DNA of 24,765 bases from Candidatus Fraserbacteria bacterium (GCA_037446135.1 JBBIJD010000013.1:1-24765), one strand, 5' to 3'. Counted from the stretch's first letter, positions 10,026-18,069 are shown. Translations and numbers: made by a program. The notes: a model not told the origin generated them from the sequence alone.

Positions 10026-10859
10026 CTAGTTCCCCTTGAAAGGCCGATAAGCCCTCAGAAGGTAGAGCCCGGTCCCCAGCCAGTAAGCGAGATAAGCCAG
10101 GACCTCTGAAAGGGAGGGGTCGCCGTTGTAGCCGAGGAGGGATTTTAATATCGAGCCAATTGCCCCCTTTTCGTGGAGCAAGGGGTAGCTACCATCGGGG
10201 TTCTGAGAGGGATTGATGTCCCAGAGATGGTCGATGATCGGGGGGATGAGCTCCGCTTCGTTCAGCTCATGGATCCCGTAGGCCAGGAGCCCCGCGGCGA
10301 AGATGAGCAAGATAGCGCTCGAGTATTTGAAGAACCGGCGAATGTCCAGCCGGTAGATCCCCTTGAAGGCGAGCAGTGCGAGGGTGATTACCACAACCAA
10401 GCCCGCTGCAAACCCGATTAGGGTCCCCCCAGGGTCCCTCAAGGCCAGGGTCCCTAAGAAGAGGACCGTCTCCACCCCCTCGCGGAAGACCGCGAAGAAG
10501 GCCAACGCAACTATGCCGAAGAGCTGCCCCCGGGAGATGGAGGCCGCCAGCCTCCGCTGGAGCTCCACTTTAATCCTCTGAGCATTCCGCCCCATCCAGA
10601 AGATCATGTAGGTGAGCACTCCTGAGGCGGTGAGCGCGGCCAGCCCCTCGAAGAGCTCCTCCGCCCTGCCGGAGAGCCCGCCATAGATGGCCATGAAGAT
10701 CCAGCTGAGGAGGAGGCTCGCCAGAACCGCTCCCCCGGCACCGAGGTAGAGATACTTGCCCAGGTCTTTCCTGCCGACCTTGGCAAGGTAAGCGGCGATG
10801 ATCCCCACGATCAACGCCGCCTCGAGGGCCTCCCTGAAGGTGATAAGGAAGCTTGCCAA
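10026..10859 (-). CDS. FTR1/EfeU-family (iron/lead transporter) permease
   Basis: Two REXXE motifs (FREALE, FREGVE), GIHELNEA, LLGYNGDPS, multiple transmembrane segments; TTG start. Confidence 0.9.
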   Translation of the reverse strand: MASFLITFREALEAALIVGIIAAYLAKVGRKDLGKYLYLGAGGAVLASLLLSWIFMAIYGGLSGRAEELFEGLAALTASGVLTYMIFWMGRNAQRIKVELQRRLAASISRGQLFGIVALAFFAVFREGVETVLFLGTLALRDPGGTLIGFAAGLVVVITLALLAFKGIYRLDIRRFFKYSSAILLIFAAGLLAYGIHELNEAELIPPIIDHLWDINPSQNPDGSYPLLHEKGAIGSILKSLLGYNGDPSLSEVLAYLAYWLGTGLYLLRAYRPFKGN

Positions 10860-10880
10860 GATCAGTAGTTGGCTGCCTCT

Positions 10881-12113
10881 CTAGACGAACCAGATCAGGA
10901 TGACCGCCCCGAGGGCGATCATCACCAGGCCCGTGGCCAGCTTGACCTCCCGCTTCCTGGAGGCCTCCCAGCGGGCGAGCCGCCCCACCGCTCGGCGGTT
11001 GGAAACACCGAGCAGGATGAGGATCAGGGGCACGACGAACATCAGGTTGTAGAGCAGGAGATACCCCAGACCGGTCCAGTAGGTCGCCTTGGCCGACAAA
11101 AGCCCGAGCGTGGCCACATAGATCCCACCGCTGCAGGGGAAGGTGCAGAGCCCTACGAGGAAGCCGCCGACGGCCGTGGCCGGGAGGGTCGCCTTCCGCA
11201 GCCAGGCGGTGCTCGCCTCATGGAGCCTCCCCGAGGGGGAGAGGCTGAACCAGCGGCCATACCAGAAGTAATCTTTGATGTTGACCAGCCCTAGGCCGAT
11301 GAGGAGCCCCGAGCCGAGTTTGGCCATCAGGTGCGGCGCGCCGGTGAAGACCAAGGCCTGCAGGATCCCCAGGCCGATGCCCAAATAAGTCAGGTAGATC
11401 ATGGTGATGTAGACCGCGCCCACCTTGGCGATGTCGGCCCTGGTCCGCTTCAGTGTGAAGAGGAAGGCGATGAAGAAAAGGAGGACAGCGAAGGCACAGG
11501 GGTTGATCCCATCCAGAAGGCCGGTGGAGACGATCAGCGGGAGCCATTGCCTCGTGGTCCAAAGCTCCTTTGGTAGAGGGGCGAGGTGGCCCTTATGGGC
11601 AGAGAACCAATCCAGGTATTCCGCAATCGGCGTATCTATCGGATACTCCTTCACCGGCCCGCGGAAGGCCCAGACCTTGTAGCTCTTGGCCGCTTCCCCC
11701 ATCAGGTCCTGATAGACTAGGATCCTCTCATAATCCGCCGCCTTGAAGAGGTCGCGGATGAGCCCCTCGGGGACATGGCCCTCCAGGATGATCCGATCAT
11801 CGATGAAGACGGTGAAGTGGCCCTGGAGCTCCGGTGGGATCCCCAGGCGACTACTTAAGTCGACCAATTCCTTGCGCGCGCGCCGGTCGTTGATGAAGTC
11901 CTTTTTGATGATCTCCTCCACCCCCAACTCCCTGAGGAGGGGGATCAACTGCTCATTGATATAGTGGGCGCAGTCGGTGCAGGCCTCGTTATAGTAGATC
12001 GTTGCCTGGCTAAACTCTGCCCCCTTCCCCGACCAGGTAGAAAGGAACAAAAAGAGCACCAGCAAAGCTTGCACACCAGCCAACTTGCATGCTCGAACAC
12101 GATCAAGTCCCAT
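10881..12113 (-). CDS. Thioredoxin-like (CTDC) domain fused to CcdA/DsbD-type transmembrane domain
   Basis: Signal-like N-terminus, YNEACTDC, then GLLDGINPCAFA and LCTFPCSGGIY (the two membrane PC cysteines) with about six hydrophobic segments. Confidence 0.8.
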   Translation of the reverse strand: MGLDRVRACKLAGVQALLVLFLFLSTWSGKGAEFSQATIYYNEACTDCAHYINEQLIPLLRELGVEEIIKKDFINDRRARKELVDLSSRLGIPPELQGHFTVFIDDRIILEGHVPEGLIRDLFKAADYERILVYQDLMGEAAKSYKVWAFRGPVKEYPIDTPIAEYLDWFSAHKGHLAPLPKELWTTRQWLPLIVSTGLLDGINPCAFAVLLFFIAFLFTLKRTRADIAKVGAVYITMIYLTYLGIGLGILQALVFTGAPHLMAKLGSGLLIGLGLVNIKDYFWYGRWFSLSPSGRLHEASTAWLRKATLPATAVGGFLVGLCTFPCSGGIYVATLGLLSAKATYWTGLGYLLLYNLMFVVPLILILLGVSNRRAVGRLARWEASRKREVKLATGLVMIALGAVILIWFV

Positions 12114-12540
12114 CGTCTCCCTCCAGCAATGTCGCCCGGATCTCGATCTCTATCTCCGACCGGTTTGGGTCGTCGCTCTTGATGTAGACCACTCGATAGA
12201 CCTCGCCCACGATCCGCTCGCTCATCAGGTTGGGGTCGAAGGTCACGCGGAGCTCGGTCTCCTCTCCGGGGAGGAGTTCATCTTCCTGGAGCTCGGCCCG
12301 GGTGCAGCCGCAGGAGGTGCTAACCCCAGTGATCCGGAGGGGACTCCCTCCGGTGTTCCTCACGGTGAAGGCCTTCTCCACCGCACGATAGGGGATTATG
12401 CCGAAGTCATAGGAAGCGGGGACGATCTCGATCCGTGGCGGAGAGGCTCGATCCAAGCCGAAGTAGCTATAAAAGCTGAAGGCCGCGATGATAAGGATCA
12501 AGCCCAAGATGGCCAACAGCAGAGTTCGATTCATTCTCAT
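12103..12540 (-). CDS. DUF1573 Ig-like exported protein
   Basis: Signal anchor, YDFGII, FTVRNTGGSPLRITGVSTSCGCT, LLPGEETELRVTFDP, IKSDDP. Confidence 0.85.
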   Translation of the reverse strand: MRMNRTLLLAILGLILIIAAFSFYSYFGLDRASPPRIEIVPASYDFGIIPYRAVEKAFTVRNTGGSPLRITGVSTSCGCTRAELQEDELLPGEETELRVTFDPNLMSERIVGEVYRVVYIKSDDPNRSEIEIEIRATLLEGDDGT

Positions 12541-12543
12541 CTC

Positions 12544-13128
12544 TTACTCCATTTGGACTAACTTGATCCGCACGCTGTAGACAGGATTGTTGGGATCATT
12601 GGAGAAGATCTCGATCTCGCGGGTCACCAGGCCGCGGAGCTCCCCATGGACATTGGGATCGTAGTAAACCTTCAGGGAGGCCCGCTCCCCCGGTGCGAGC
12701 CGGGCCCGCCAGCCCACCGGGTTGTTATGCATCCCGAAGAGCGGCCCCTCCTCCCCATTGATCACTAGGGAGGCCTTAGTGCAGTCGCAGGAGGTGCGCA
12801 TCCCGGTGATTATCAGGTCGCTTTTGCCCCGGTTCTCCAGTGGCAACTCTGCCGTGACCACCCCTGCGGCCTGGCTGACGGTGCCGAAGTCATAAACCCG
12901 TGGGATAACCTCGATGCGGGGGGAGTCAGCCAGCCCGACGGCCTCCCCCGGCCCTCGGTGGGAGAGGAGTCGGTAGGAACCTAAGCCCACTGCGAGGACG
13001 AGAGCGGCGATGAGCACCGCCCATTTGAGAATCCTCCTTCGCTGCTCCTTTAGCTCGGCCCGCATGGTCCGCCGCCCGCGCCGGCTTTGGCCCTTGCTTC
13101 GCCAGCTGTTGTCCTTCCCTCTTGCCAT
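12544..13128 (-). CDS. DUF1573 Ig-like membrane-anchored protein with FGMH insert
   Basis: YDFGTV, NRGKSDLIITGMRTSCDCT, GPLFGMHNNP, LAPGE, YYDPNVH, FSNDP. SD GGAGGA. Confidence 0.85.
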   Translation of the reverse strand: MARGKDNSWRSKGQSRRGRRTMRAELKEQRRRILKWAVLIAALVLAVGLGSYRLLSHRGPGEAVGLADSPRIEVIPRVYDFGTVSQAAGVVTAELPLENRGKSDLIITGMRTSCDCTKASLVINGEEGPLFGMHNNPVGWRARLAPGERASLKVYYDPNVHGELRGLVTREIEIFSNDPNNPVYSVRIKLVQME

Positions 13129-13138
13129 CTCTTCCTCC

Positions 13139-13164
13139 TACCCGACCCCAGATGGGGTGGGCTG
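13139..13164. promoter_or_regulatory. CsoR-like operator copy 1
   Basis: Minus strand CAGCCCACCCC-ATCT-GGGGTCGGGTA, between the -10 box and the SD of the DUF1573 operon. Confidence 0.75.
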
Positions 13165-13170
13165 ACGGCT

Positions 13171-13199
13171 ATTATAATCAGCGCAGCAGGGGATGTCAA
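13171..13199 (-). promoter_or_regulatory. Consensus sigma70 promoter of the DUF1573-DUF1573-CcdA-FTR1 operon
   Basis: Minus strand TTGACA-17 nt-TATAAT, a perfect consensus. Confidence 0.88.
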
Positions 13200-13210
13200 A
13201 CCCCGGCCCC

Positions 13211-13240
13211 TTGACAGGCCGGACATCTCCGTGGTATGAT
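13211..13240 (+). promoter_or_regulatory. Sigma70 promoter of the methyltransferase-mccB-mccA operon
   Basis: TTGACA-18 nt-TATGAT with TG extension, back-to-back with the leftward promoter. Confidence 0.8.
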
Positions 13241-13271
13241 ACCCTCAACTTGGACCGAGGAGGGATCCTTA

Positions 13272-13295
13272 ATGGCAGGTGATCGCCTTTGCTGA
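13272..13295 (+). other. Putative leader peptide MAGDRLC*
   Basis: SD GAGGAGGG (13257-13264) lies 7 nt before ATG; the last sense codon is TGC (Cys). Confidence 0.45.
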
Positions 13296-13350
13296 AGTTG
13301 AAGTAGGTGGTTATCTTTGTCCTACCTCCGGCTGAGCATGAGGTAGGTGT

Positions 13351-13374
13351 CTGCCTTTGTTGAGGCGGTCTTTT
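13351..13374 (+). terminator. Terminator-like hairpin in the leader (possible attenuator)
   Basis: CTGCCTT-TGTT-GAGGCGG followed by TCTTTT; two G-U pairs and a short U tract. Confidence 0.4.
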
Positions 13375-13561
13375 ATCCCTTCCTGAGTTTCCTAAATCTC
13401 TATCCCGCCATTGGAGGGGTCTTCTCATCCCCGAGGGTCGCTCCCCTTCTCGATATTCCTGGATTAAAACGAGAAGCCCGCTCTCCTCCATCCCTATCCG
13501 CTCATATGGCGTGCAGGCATAAGAGGCCAATCCAAATCCAGCGGGACGATGGAGGTGACCG

Positions 13562-14395
13562 ATGAAGAGCATAGCCGAGCAGGTGGAGGAGGTCTATCGG
13601 GTCATGGCCCTGGATTATGATCGGTTGATCACCCCTTGCCGTGTGGGCCAGTTCGCCGCGCTGTTGGCGGAGCTGGGGGTTGAGGGGCGAGAGCGGGCCT
13701 TGGATGTGGGCTGCGGCCCCGGCGAGCTCACTCTGATGCTCGCCCGGAGCCTCCCTCGGGGGGAGGTGATCGGGGTGGACCTCTGCGCGGAGATGCTGGA
13801 AATCGCCCGGAGGAAGGCCAAAGCGGCGGGCCTCAAGAACATCTCTTTCCGCCGCGGAGATGCGCTCTCCTTAACCTTTGCGGACGGGAGCTTCGACCTC
13901 GTGGCGAGCAGCTTCCTCCTCCCCTGGGTCCCCGACCCTGATCGGGCCCTGCGGGAGATGGTCCGCGTCCTCAGGGAGGGCGGGAAGCTGGGGCTGATCA
14001 CTGCTGGCTCTCGGTTCTACGACGCCTTCTACCGGGCCTTGGAGGGGCTCATCCGCCGCTATTCCCGGCATTATAGGGAGAGCCGCGCCGAGGAGCTGAT
14101 CGGGGCTAAAAAGTTCGCGGGGAAGGAGCTTCAGGAGAGGCTGGAGCAGCTGGGCCTCTCCGTCCGTCGCCGTTTCCAGTTGAGCCGCGAGGATCCCCTC
14201 ACCCCGGAGCAGTATCTCTGCCGGATCAACGCCCTCACCGCCGAGCTTTACCTTAAGCCGCTCCCTCCCCGGATGCGAGCAGAGGCTCGGAGGTTCCTGC
14301 TGAACGAGCTGGGCCATGATCAGGAAGGGGAGTTGCTCGCCGTCGAGTGCTCCCTCATCCTGGTCGGGCTCAAGGGGAAAGGAGGGAAGGAATGA
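13562..14395 (+). CDS. Class I SAM-dependent methyltransferase (UbiE/UbiG-like)
   Basis: ALDVGCGPG, GVDLCAEML, GDALSLTFADGSFDLV, EMVRVLREGG. SD GGAGGTGA. Confidence 0.9.
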   Translation: MKSIAEQVEEVYRVMALDYDRLITPCRVGQFAALLAELGVEGRERALDVGCGPGELTLMLARSLPRGEVIGVDLCAEMLEIARRKAKAAGLKNISFRRGDALSLTFADGSFDLVASSFLLPWVPDPDRALREMVRVLREGGKLGLITAGSRFYDAFYRALEGLIRRYSRHYRESRAEELIGAKKFAGKELQERLEQLGLSVRRRFQLSREDPLTPEQYLCRINALTAELYLKPLPPRMRAEARRFLLNELGHDQEGELLAVECSLILVGLKGKGGKE

Positions 14396-15528
14396 AAGAT
14401 CAATATGAGTTTGAGACCTTGGCGGTCCGCCAGGAGCCGGACCCCGCGACCGGGGCGCTCGTCCCACCGATCCATCTCAGCACGACCTTCGCCCAGGAAG
14501 AGCCCGGCGTGCACAAGGGCTTCGAGTATTCCCGGACGGACAACCCCACGAGGCGGGAGCTGGAGGAGAAGCTGGCCCTCCTCGAGGGAGGCCGCTTCGG
14601 ACTCTGCTTCGCCTCGGGGATGGCCGCCATTTCCGCTGTGCTGGGGCTTCTTGAACCGGGGGACCATGTGCTCGCCTGCGACGACCTCTACGGCGGCACC
14701 TACAGGCTCTTTAAGGCCCTCGAAAGGTATGACCTGGAGTTCACCTATCTCGAGATGAGCGATCCCGGGGCGATCATCCTCAGGAAGAACACCAAGCTGG
14801 TCTGGCTGGAGAGCCCGACCAATCCCTTGCTTAAGGTCCTCGACATCGCGCAGGTCGCTGCTCAGGCCCGCTGGATGAAGAGCGACGTCTTCTTAGTGGT
14901 GGACAACACCTTCGCCACGCCCTATCTGCAGCGGCCCTTGGCGCTAGGGGCCGACATCGTCGTCCACAGCACGACCAAGTATCTCAGCGGTCACTGCGAT
15001 GTGGTCGGCGGGGCGGTCGTAACCTCCGACGAGAGGGTATACCAGAGGCTGAAGTTCATCCAGAACGCCTTCGGCGCGGTCCCCTCGCCCTTCGACTGTT
15101 TCCTGGTCCTGCGGGGGCTGAGGACCCTCCCTTTGCGAATGGAGCGCCACTGCGCCAACGCCCAGCGGGTGGCCGAATTCTTGGCGGAGCACCCCAAGGT
15201 GGCCCGGGTCTACTACCCCGGCCTGACAGGCCATCCGGGGCATGAGCTCGCCGCGCGCCAGATGCGCGGCTTCGGGGGGATGGTGAGCTTCGAGCTCCGC
15301 GGCGATGTGCGGGCCTTCCTCAAGCGACTTGAGCTGATCACCCTCGCCGAGAGCCTGGGAGGGGTGGAGTCCCTCATCTGCCACCCGGCCACGATGACCC
15401 ACGGGGCCATCCCCGCGGAGGAACGGCGCCGCCGAGGCATCACTGAGAACCTGCTCCGCCTCTCGGTGGGGATCGAAAATTGCGCCGATCTGGAATGGGA
15501 CCTGGAGCGGGCGCTCGCTGCGGCCTAG
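14392..15528 (+). CDS. mccB: Cystathionine gamma-lyase/synthase (MccB-like)
   Basis: YSRTDNPTR, FASGMAA, DDLYGGTYR, ESPTNP, VDNTFATP, HSTTKYLSGH, AESLGGVESL, RLSVGIE. ATGA overlap with the methyltransferase. The symbol is assigned from context. Confidence 0.88.
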   Translation: MKDQYEFETLAVRQEPDPATGALVPPIHLSTTFAQEEPGVHKGFEYSRTDNPTRRELEEKLALLEGGRFGLCFASGMAAISAVLGLLEPGDHVLACDDLYGGTYRLFKALERYDLEFTYLEMSDPGAIILRKNTKLVWLESPTNPLLKVLDIAQVAAQARWMKSDVFLVVDNTFATPYLQRPLALGADIVVHSTTKYLSGHCDVVGGAVVTSDERVYQRLKFIQNAFGAVPSPFDCFLVLRGLRTLPLRMERHCANAQRVAEFLAEHPKVARVYYPGLTGHPGHELAARQMRGFGGMVSFELRGDVRAFLKRLELITLAESLGGVESLICHPATMTHGAIPAEERRRRGITENLLRLSVGIENCADLEWDLERALAAA

Positions 15529-15541
15529 TCGGGAGGGAGCC

Positions 15542-16534
15542 ATGGACATGAACCCAAAGAGGGTGTATAACAGCGTCCTGGAGGCGATCGGCTGGACCCC
15601 GCTGATCCGGCTGAACCGGATCGCTTCAGGGTGTCGAGCGGAGATCTGGGCCAAGGTGGAGGGCCTGAACCCCGGCGGCTCGGTGAAGGACCGGATCGGG
15701 ATCGCGATGATCGCCGAGGCGGAGCGGCAGGGCAAGCTCAAGCCGGGCGGGACGATCGTCGAGCCGACCTCGGGGAACACCGGGGTGGGGCTGGCGCTGG
15801 TCGCCGCGGTCAAGGGCTACAGGATGATCTTCACCGTCCCTGACAAGGTGAGCGCGGAGAAGATCAACCTCCTGCGGGCCTACGGGGCCGAGGTGATCGT
15901 CTGCCCCACCGCCGTGCCGCCCGACGACCCTAGGAGCTACTACTCCGTGGCCAGGAGGATCGTTGCGGAGACCCCCGGGGCCTTCATGCCCAACCAATAC
16001 GCCAACCCCCAAAACCCCGAGGCCCACTACCGCACCACCGGGCCGGAGATCTGGGCCCAGACCGAGGGCCGGCTCGACTACTTCGTCGCGGGGATGGGCA
16101 CCGGTGGGACGATCAGCGGGGTCGGGCGCTTCCTCAAGGAGAAGGACCCCGCGATCAGGGTCATCGGCGTCGACCCCGAGGGCTCGGTCCTCAAGCGTTA
16201 CTTCGAGACCGGCGAGCTGGGGGAGGCCCATACCTACGATGTGGAAGGGATCGGGGAGGACTTCATCCCTGAGACCACCCATTTCCAATACATCGACGAG
16301 ATCCGCAAGGTGACCGACCATGAGGCCTTTCTCATCGCCCGCCGCCTCGCCCGGGAGGAGGGGCTCCTCTGTGGGGGCTCCGCCGGGGCCGCGGTGCACA
16401 TCACCTTGGAGGTCAGCCGGGAGGCGCGACCGGGGGAGAGGATCGTCGTCCTCCTCCCTGACGGCGGCGAGCGCTACCTGGGGAAGTTCTACTCCAATGA
16501 GTGGCTATGCGAGCGGGGCTACGGGCCGCTGTAA
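15542..16534 (+). CDS. mccA: Cystathionine beta-synthase / cysteine synthase family PLP enzyme (MccA-like, no CBS regulatory domain)
   Basis: NPGGSVKDR, EPTSGNTG, VCPTAVPPDDPRSYY (CBS-type loop), NQYANPQNP, GMGTGGT, VEGIGEDF. The symbol is assigned from context. Confidence 0.85.
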   Translation: MDMNPKRVYNSVLEAIGWTPLIRLNRIASGCRAEIWAKVEGLNPGGSVKDRIGIAMIAEAERQGKLKPGGTIVEPTSGNTGVGLALVAAVKGYRMIFTVPDKVSAEKINLLRAYGAEVIVCPTAVPPDDPRSYYSVARRIVAETPGAFMPNQYANPQNPEAHYRTTGPEIWAQTEGRLDYFVAGMGTGGTISGVGRFLKEKDPAIRVIGVDPEGSVLKRYFETGELGEAHTYDVEGIGEDFIPETTHFQYIDEIRKVTDHEAFLIARRLAREEGLLCGGSAGAAVHITLEVSREARPGERIVVLLPDGGERYLGKFYSNEWLCERGYGPL

Positions 16535-16564
16535 GGTAAGATCCGTCTTGCTATCCGCCCACCC

Positions 16565-16593
16565 CTGACATGGGGAGCCGGGGGCGCTATACT
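16565..16593 (+). promoter_or_regulatory. Sigma70 promoter of the tlpA remnant-dsbA unit
   Basis: CTGACA-17 nt-TATACT. Confidence 0.65.
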
Positions 16594-16597
16594 GGGC

Positions 16598-16623
16598 TAA
16601 CCCACCCCAGGTGGGGTCCTTAT
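16598..16623. promoter_or_regulatory. CsoR-like operator copy 2 (right arm truncated)
   Basis: TAACCCACCCC-AGGT-GGGGTccttat, 4 nt after the -10 box. Confidence 0.7.
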
Positions 16624-16825
16624 CGTCGGCGGCCACCATCGGGCGGGCCACCTGGATGGATTGAGGCCCCACAAGAAGGTCTTCGCTCGATACGGCGCCA
16701 CCGGGGTCCCTGAAACCGTCTTCATTGACAGGGAGGGGATCATCGGCCAAGTGCAAGCGAGCGTGAGGGCCCTAGAAGAGGGGCTGGAAAGGATCAAACA
16801 GATTGGAACGAGGAGGGGCGGATAA
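16613..16825 (+). pseudogene. C-terminal remnant of a TlpA/ResA-family thiol-disulfide oxidoreductase
   Basis: Frame reads GVLIVG...KKVFARYGATGVPETVFIDREGII...LEEGLERI*. No CXXC half and no SD-led start. Its TAA overlaps the dsbA ATG (TAATG). Confidence 0.72.
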
Positions 16826-17634
16826 TGGAAAAGAACGAGCTAAAGAGGAAGATGAGGGGCACCCCGGCCATGGGGAGCGTGATCGCCGTCGTCGCTCTTA
16901 TCGCCTTCTACTTCGCCGGCTTCTTCACCCACGGGCTCCTCGACCCCGGGTCGGCGGAGCAGCTAAGGGCGCTCAGGGACCAAGTCACTCAGCTCCAGGA
17001 GCGGCTCGATCGGATCGCCGTGCGGCTCGAGGGCGGGTCCCCAAAGAAGGAGAGCACCGGCCCGCAACCGTCGGGGACTGACAGGTTGGAAGTGAGCGCC
17101 GACGACGACCCTGTGATCGGCCGGGCCGATGCCCCGGTGACGATGATCGAGTTCTCTGACTTCCAATGCCCTTTCTGCAAGAGGTTCTTTGAACAGGCCC
17201 TCCCCAAGATCGAGGAGGAGTATATCAAGCCGGGCAAGGTGAAGTTGGTCTACCGCGACTTCCCCCTCTCCTTCCATGAGCAGGCCCAGTTGGCAGCCGA
17301 GGCCGCGGAATGCGCCGATGAGCAGGGGAAGTTCCGCGAGATGCATGATCGGATCTTCCAAGGCCAGGCCGAATGGTCGGGCAACGCCGAGGCGAGGCGG
17401 ATCTTCGCCAGCTATGCTGAGGCCATCGGGCTGGACATGGAGGAGTTCGGCCGCTGCCTCGATTCCGGCAGATATGAGGAGGAGGTGCAGCGGGACTTCA
17501 ACGACGGAGTGAAGTATGGCGTGACGGGGACGCCGACCTTTTTCATCAACGGCCGGAAGTTGGTGGGAGCCCAGCCGTTCACGGCCTTCCAGCAGCTGAT
17601 CGAGACGGAGCTGAGGAGCAGCGGGGAAGAGTAA
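16825..17634 (+). CDS. Membrane-anchored DsbA/BdbD-family oxidoreductase
   Basis: Transmembrane anchor and coiled coil, then DDPVIGRADAPVTMIEFSDFQCPFC, YRDFPL, GVTGTPTFFING, GAQP. Confidence 0.92.
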   Translation: MEKNELKRKMRGTPAMGSVIAVVALIAFYFAGFFTHGLLDPGSAEQLRALRDQVTQLQERLDRIAVRLEGGSPKKESTGPQPSGTDRLEVSADDDPVIGRADAPVTMIEFSDFQCPFCKRFFEQALPKIEEEYIKPGKVKLVYRDFPLSFHEQAQLAAEAAECADEQGKFREMHDRIFQGQAEWSGNAEARRIFASYAEAIGLDMEEFGRCLDSGRYEEEVQRDFNDGVKYGVTGTPTFFINGRKLVGAQPFTAFQQLIETELRSSGEE

Positions 17635-17727
17635 AGTGGATCCGATGGCCGTCTTCGCATGGCGGGGGCTTGAGCGCCTGTGGAGGCCTCAGTTCAGCCG
17701 GTCCCCTAGACGGACCGTTTGGGTAGT

Positions 17728-17753
17728 TAACCCACCCGATCTCGGGTCGGCTA
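17728..17753. promoter_or_regulatory. CsoR-like operator copy 3
   Basis: TAACCCACCCG-ATCT-CGGGTCGGCTA, followed directly by SD GGAAGGAGG. No clear promoter seen. Confidence 0.7.
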
Positions 17754-17771
17754 GGAAGGAGGGTAAGGGGG

Positions 17772-17966
17772 ATGTTCGGCTTGAGGAAGAAGTGCGCCTA
17801 CTGCGGGATGAGGATCGCAAAGGGAGCGGAGATCATTAAGGAGGTCAGGTTCCCCGGCGGGATCGGCACCCGCCGGAGGGCCTTCTGCTCCGAGGAGCAC
17901 GCCGCGGCCTACGAGAAAGAGGTCCAGACGGTGAAGCTCCGGAGAGGCGGGGGCTGCTGCGGCTAG
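17772..17966 (+). CDS. Small TRASH/YHS-like Cys-rich metal-binding protein
   Basis: KKCAYCGM...RAFCSEEH...GGGCCG*, preceded by an operator and purine-rich SD. Confidence 0.75.
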   Translation: MFGLRKKCAYCGMRIAKGAEIIKEVRFPGGIGTRRRAFCSEEHAAAYEKEVQTVKLRRGGGCCG

Positions 17967-18036
17967 AGGCGATCCGCTGACCATAGCCGGTATCGAGCCT
18001 CGTTGCGGGATCTTTCCTCAAGAATCTTTCGTTTCC

Positions 18037-18065
18037 TTGCCAGGCCCTCTTGGCCGCGGTATAAT
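18037..18065 (+). promoter_or_regulatory. Sigma70 promoter
   Basis: TTGCCA-17 nt-TATAAT. Confidence 0.8.
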
Positions 18066-18069
18066 GAGG

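Noticed and set aside
13293..13301. In-frame TGA codons after the leader Cys as selenocysteine
   Set aside because: Read-through gives no recognisable protein and no evident SECIS.
13301..13316. AAGTAGGTGGTTATC as a T-box
   Set aside because: It lacks the GGTGGNACC core, and no stem I AG-bulge or specifier loop is recognisable.
16554..16580. GCCCACCCC-TGACAT-GGGGAGCC as an eighth operator over the -35 box
   Set aside because: The spacer is 6 rather than 4 nt and the right arm is poor; at most a weak half-site.
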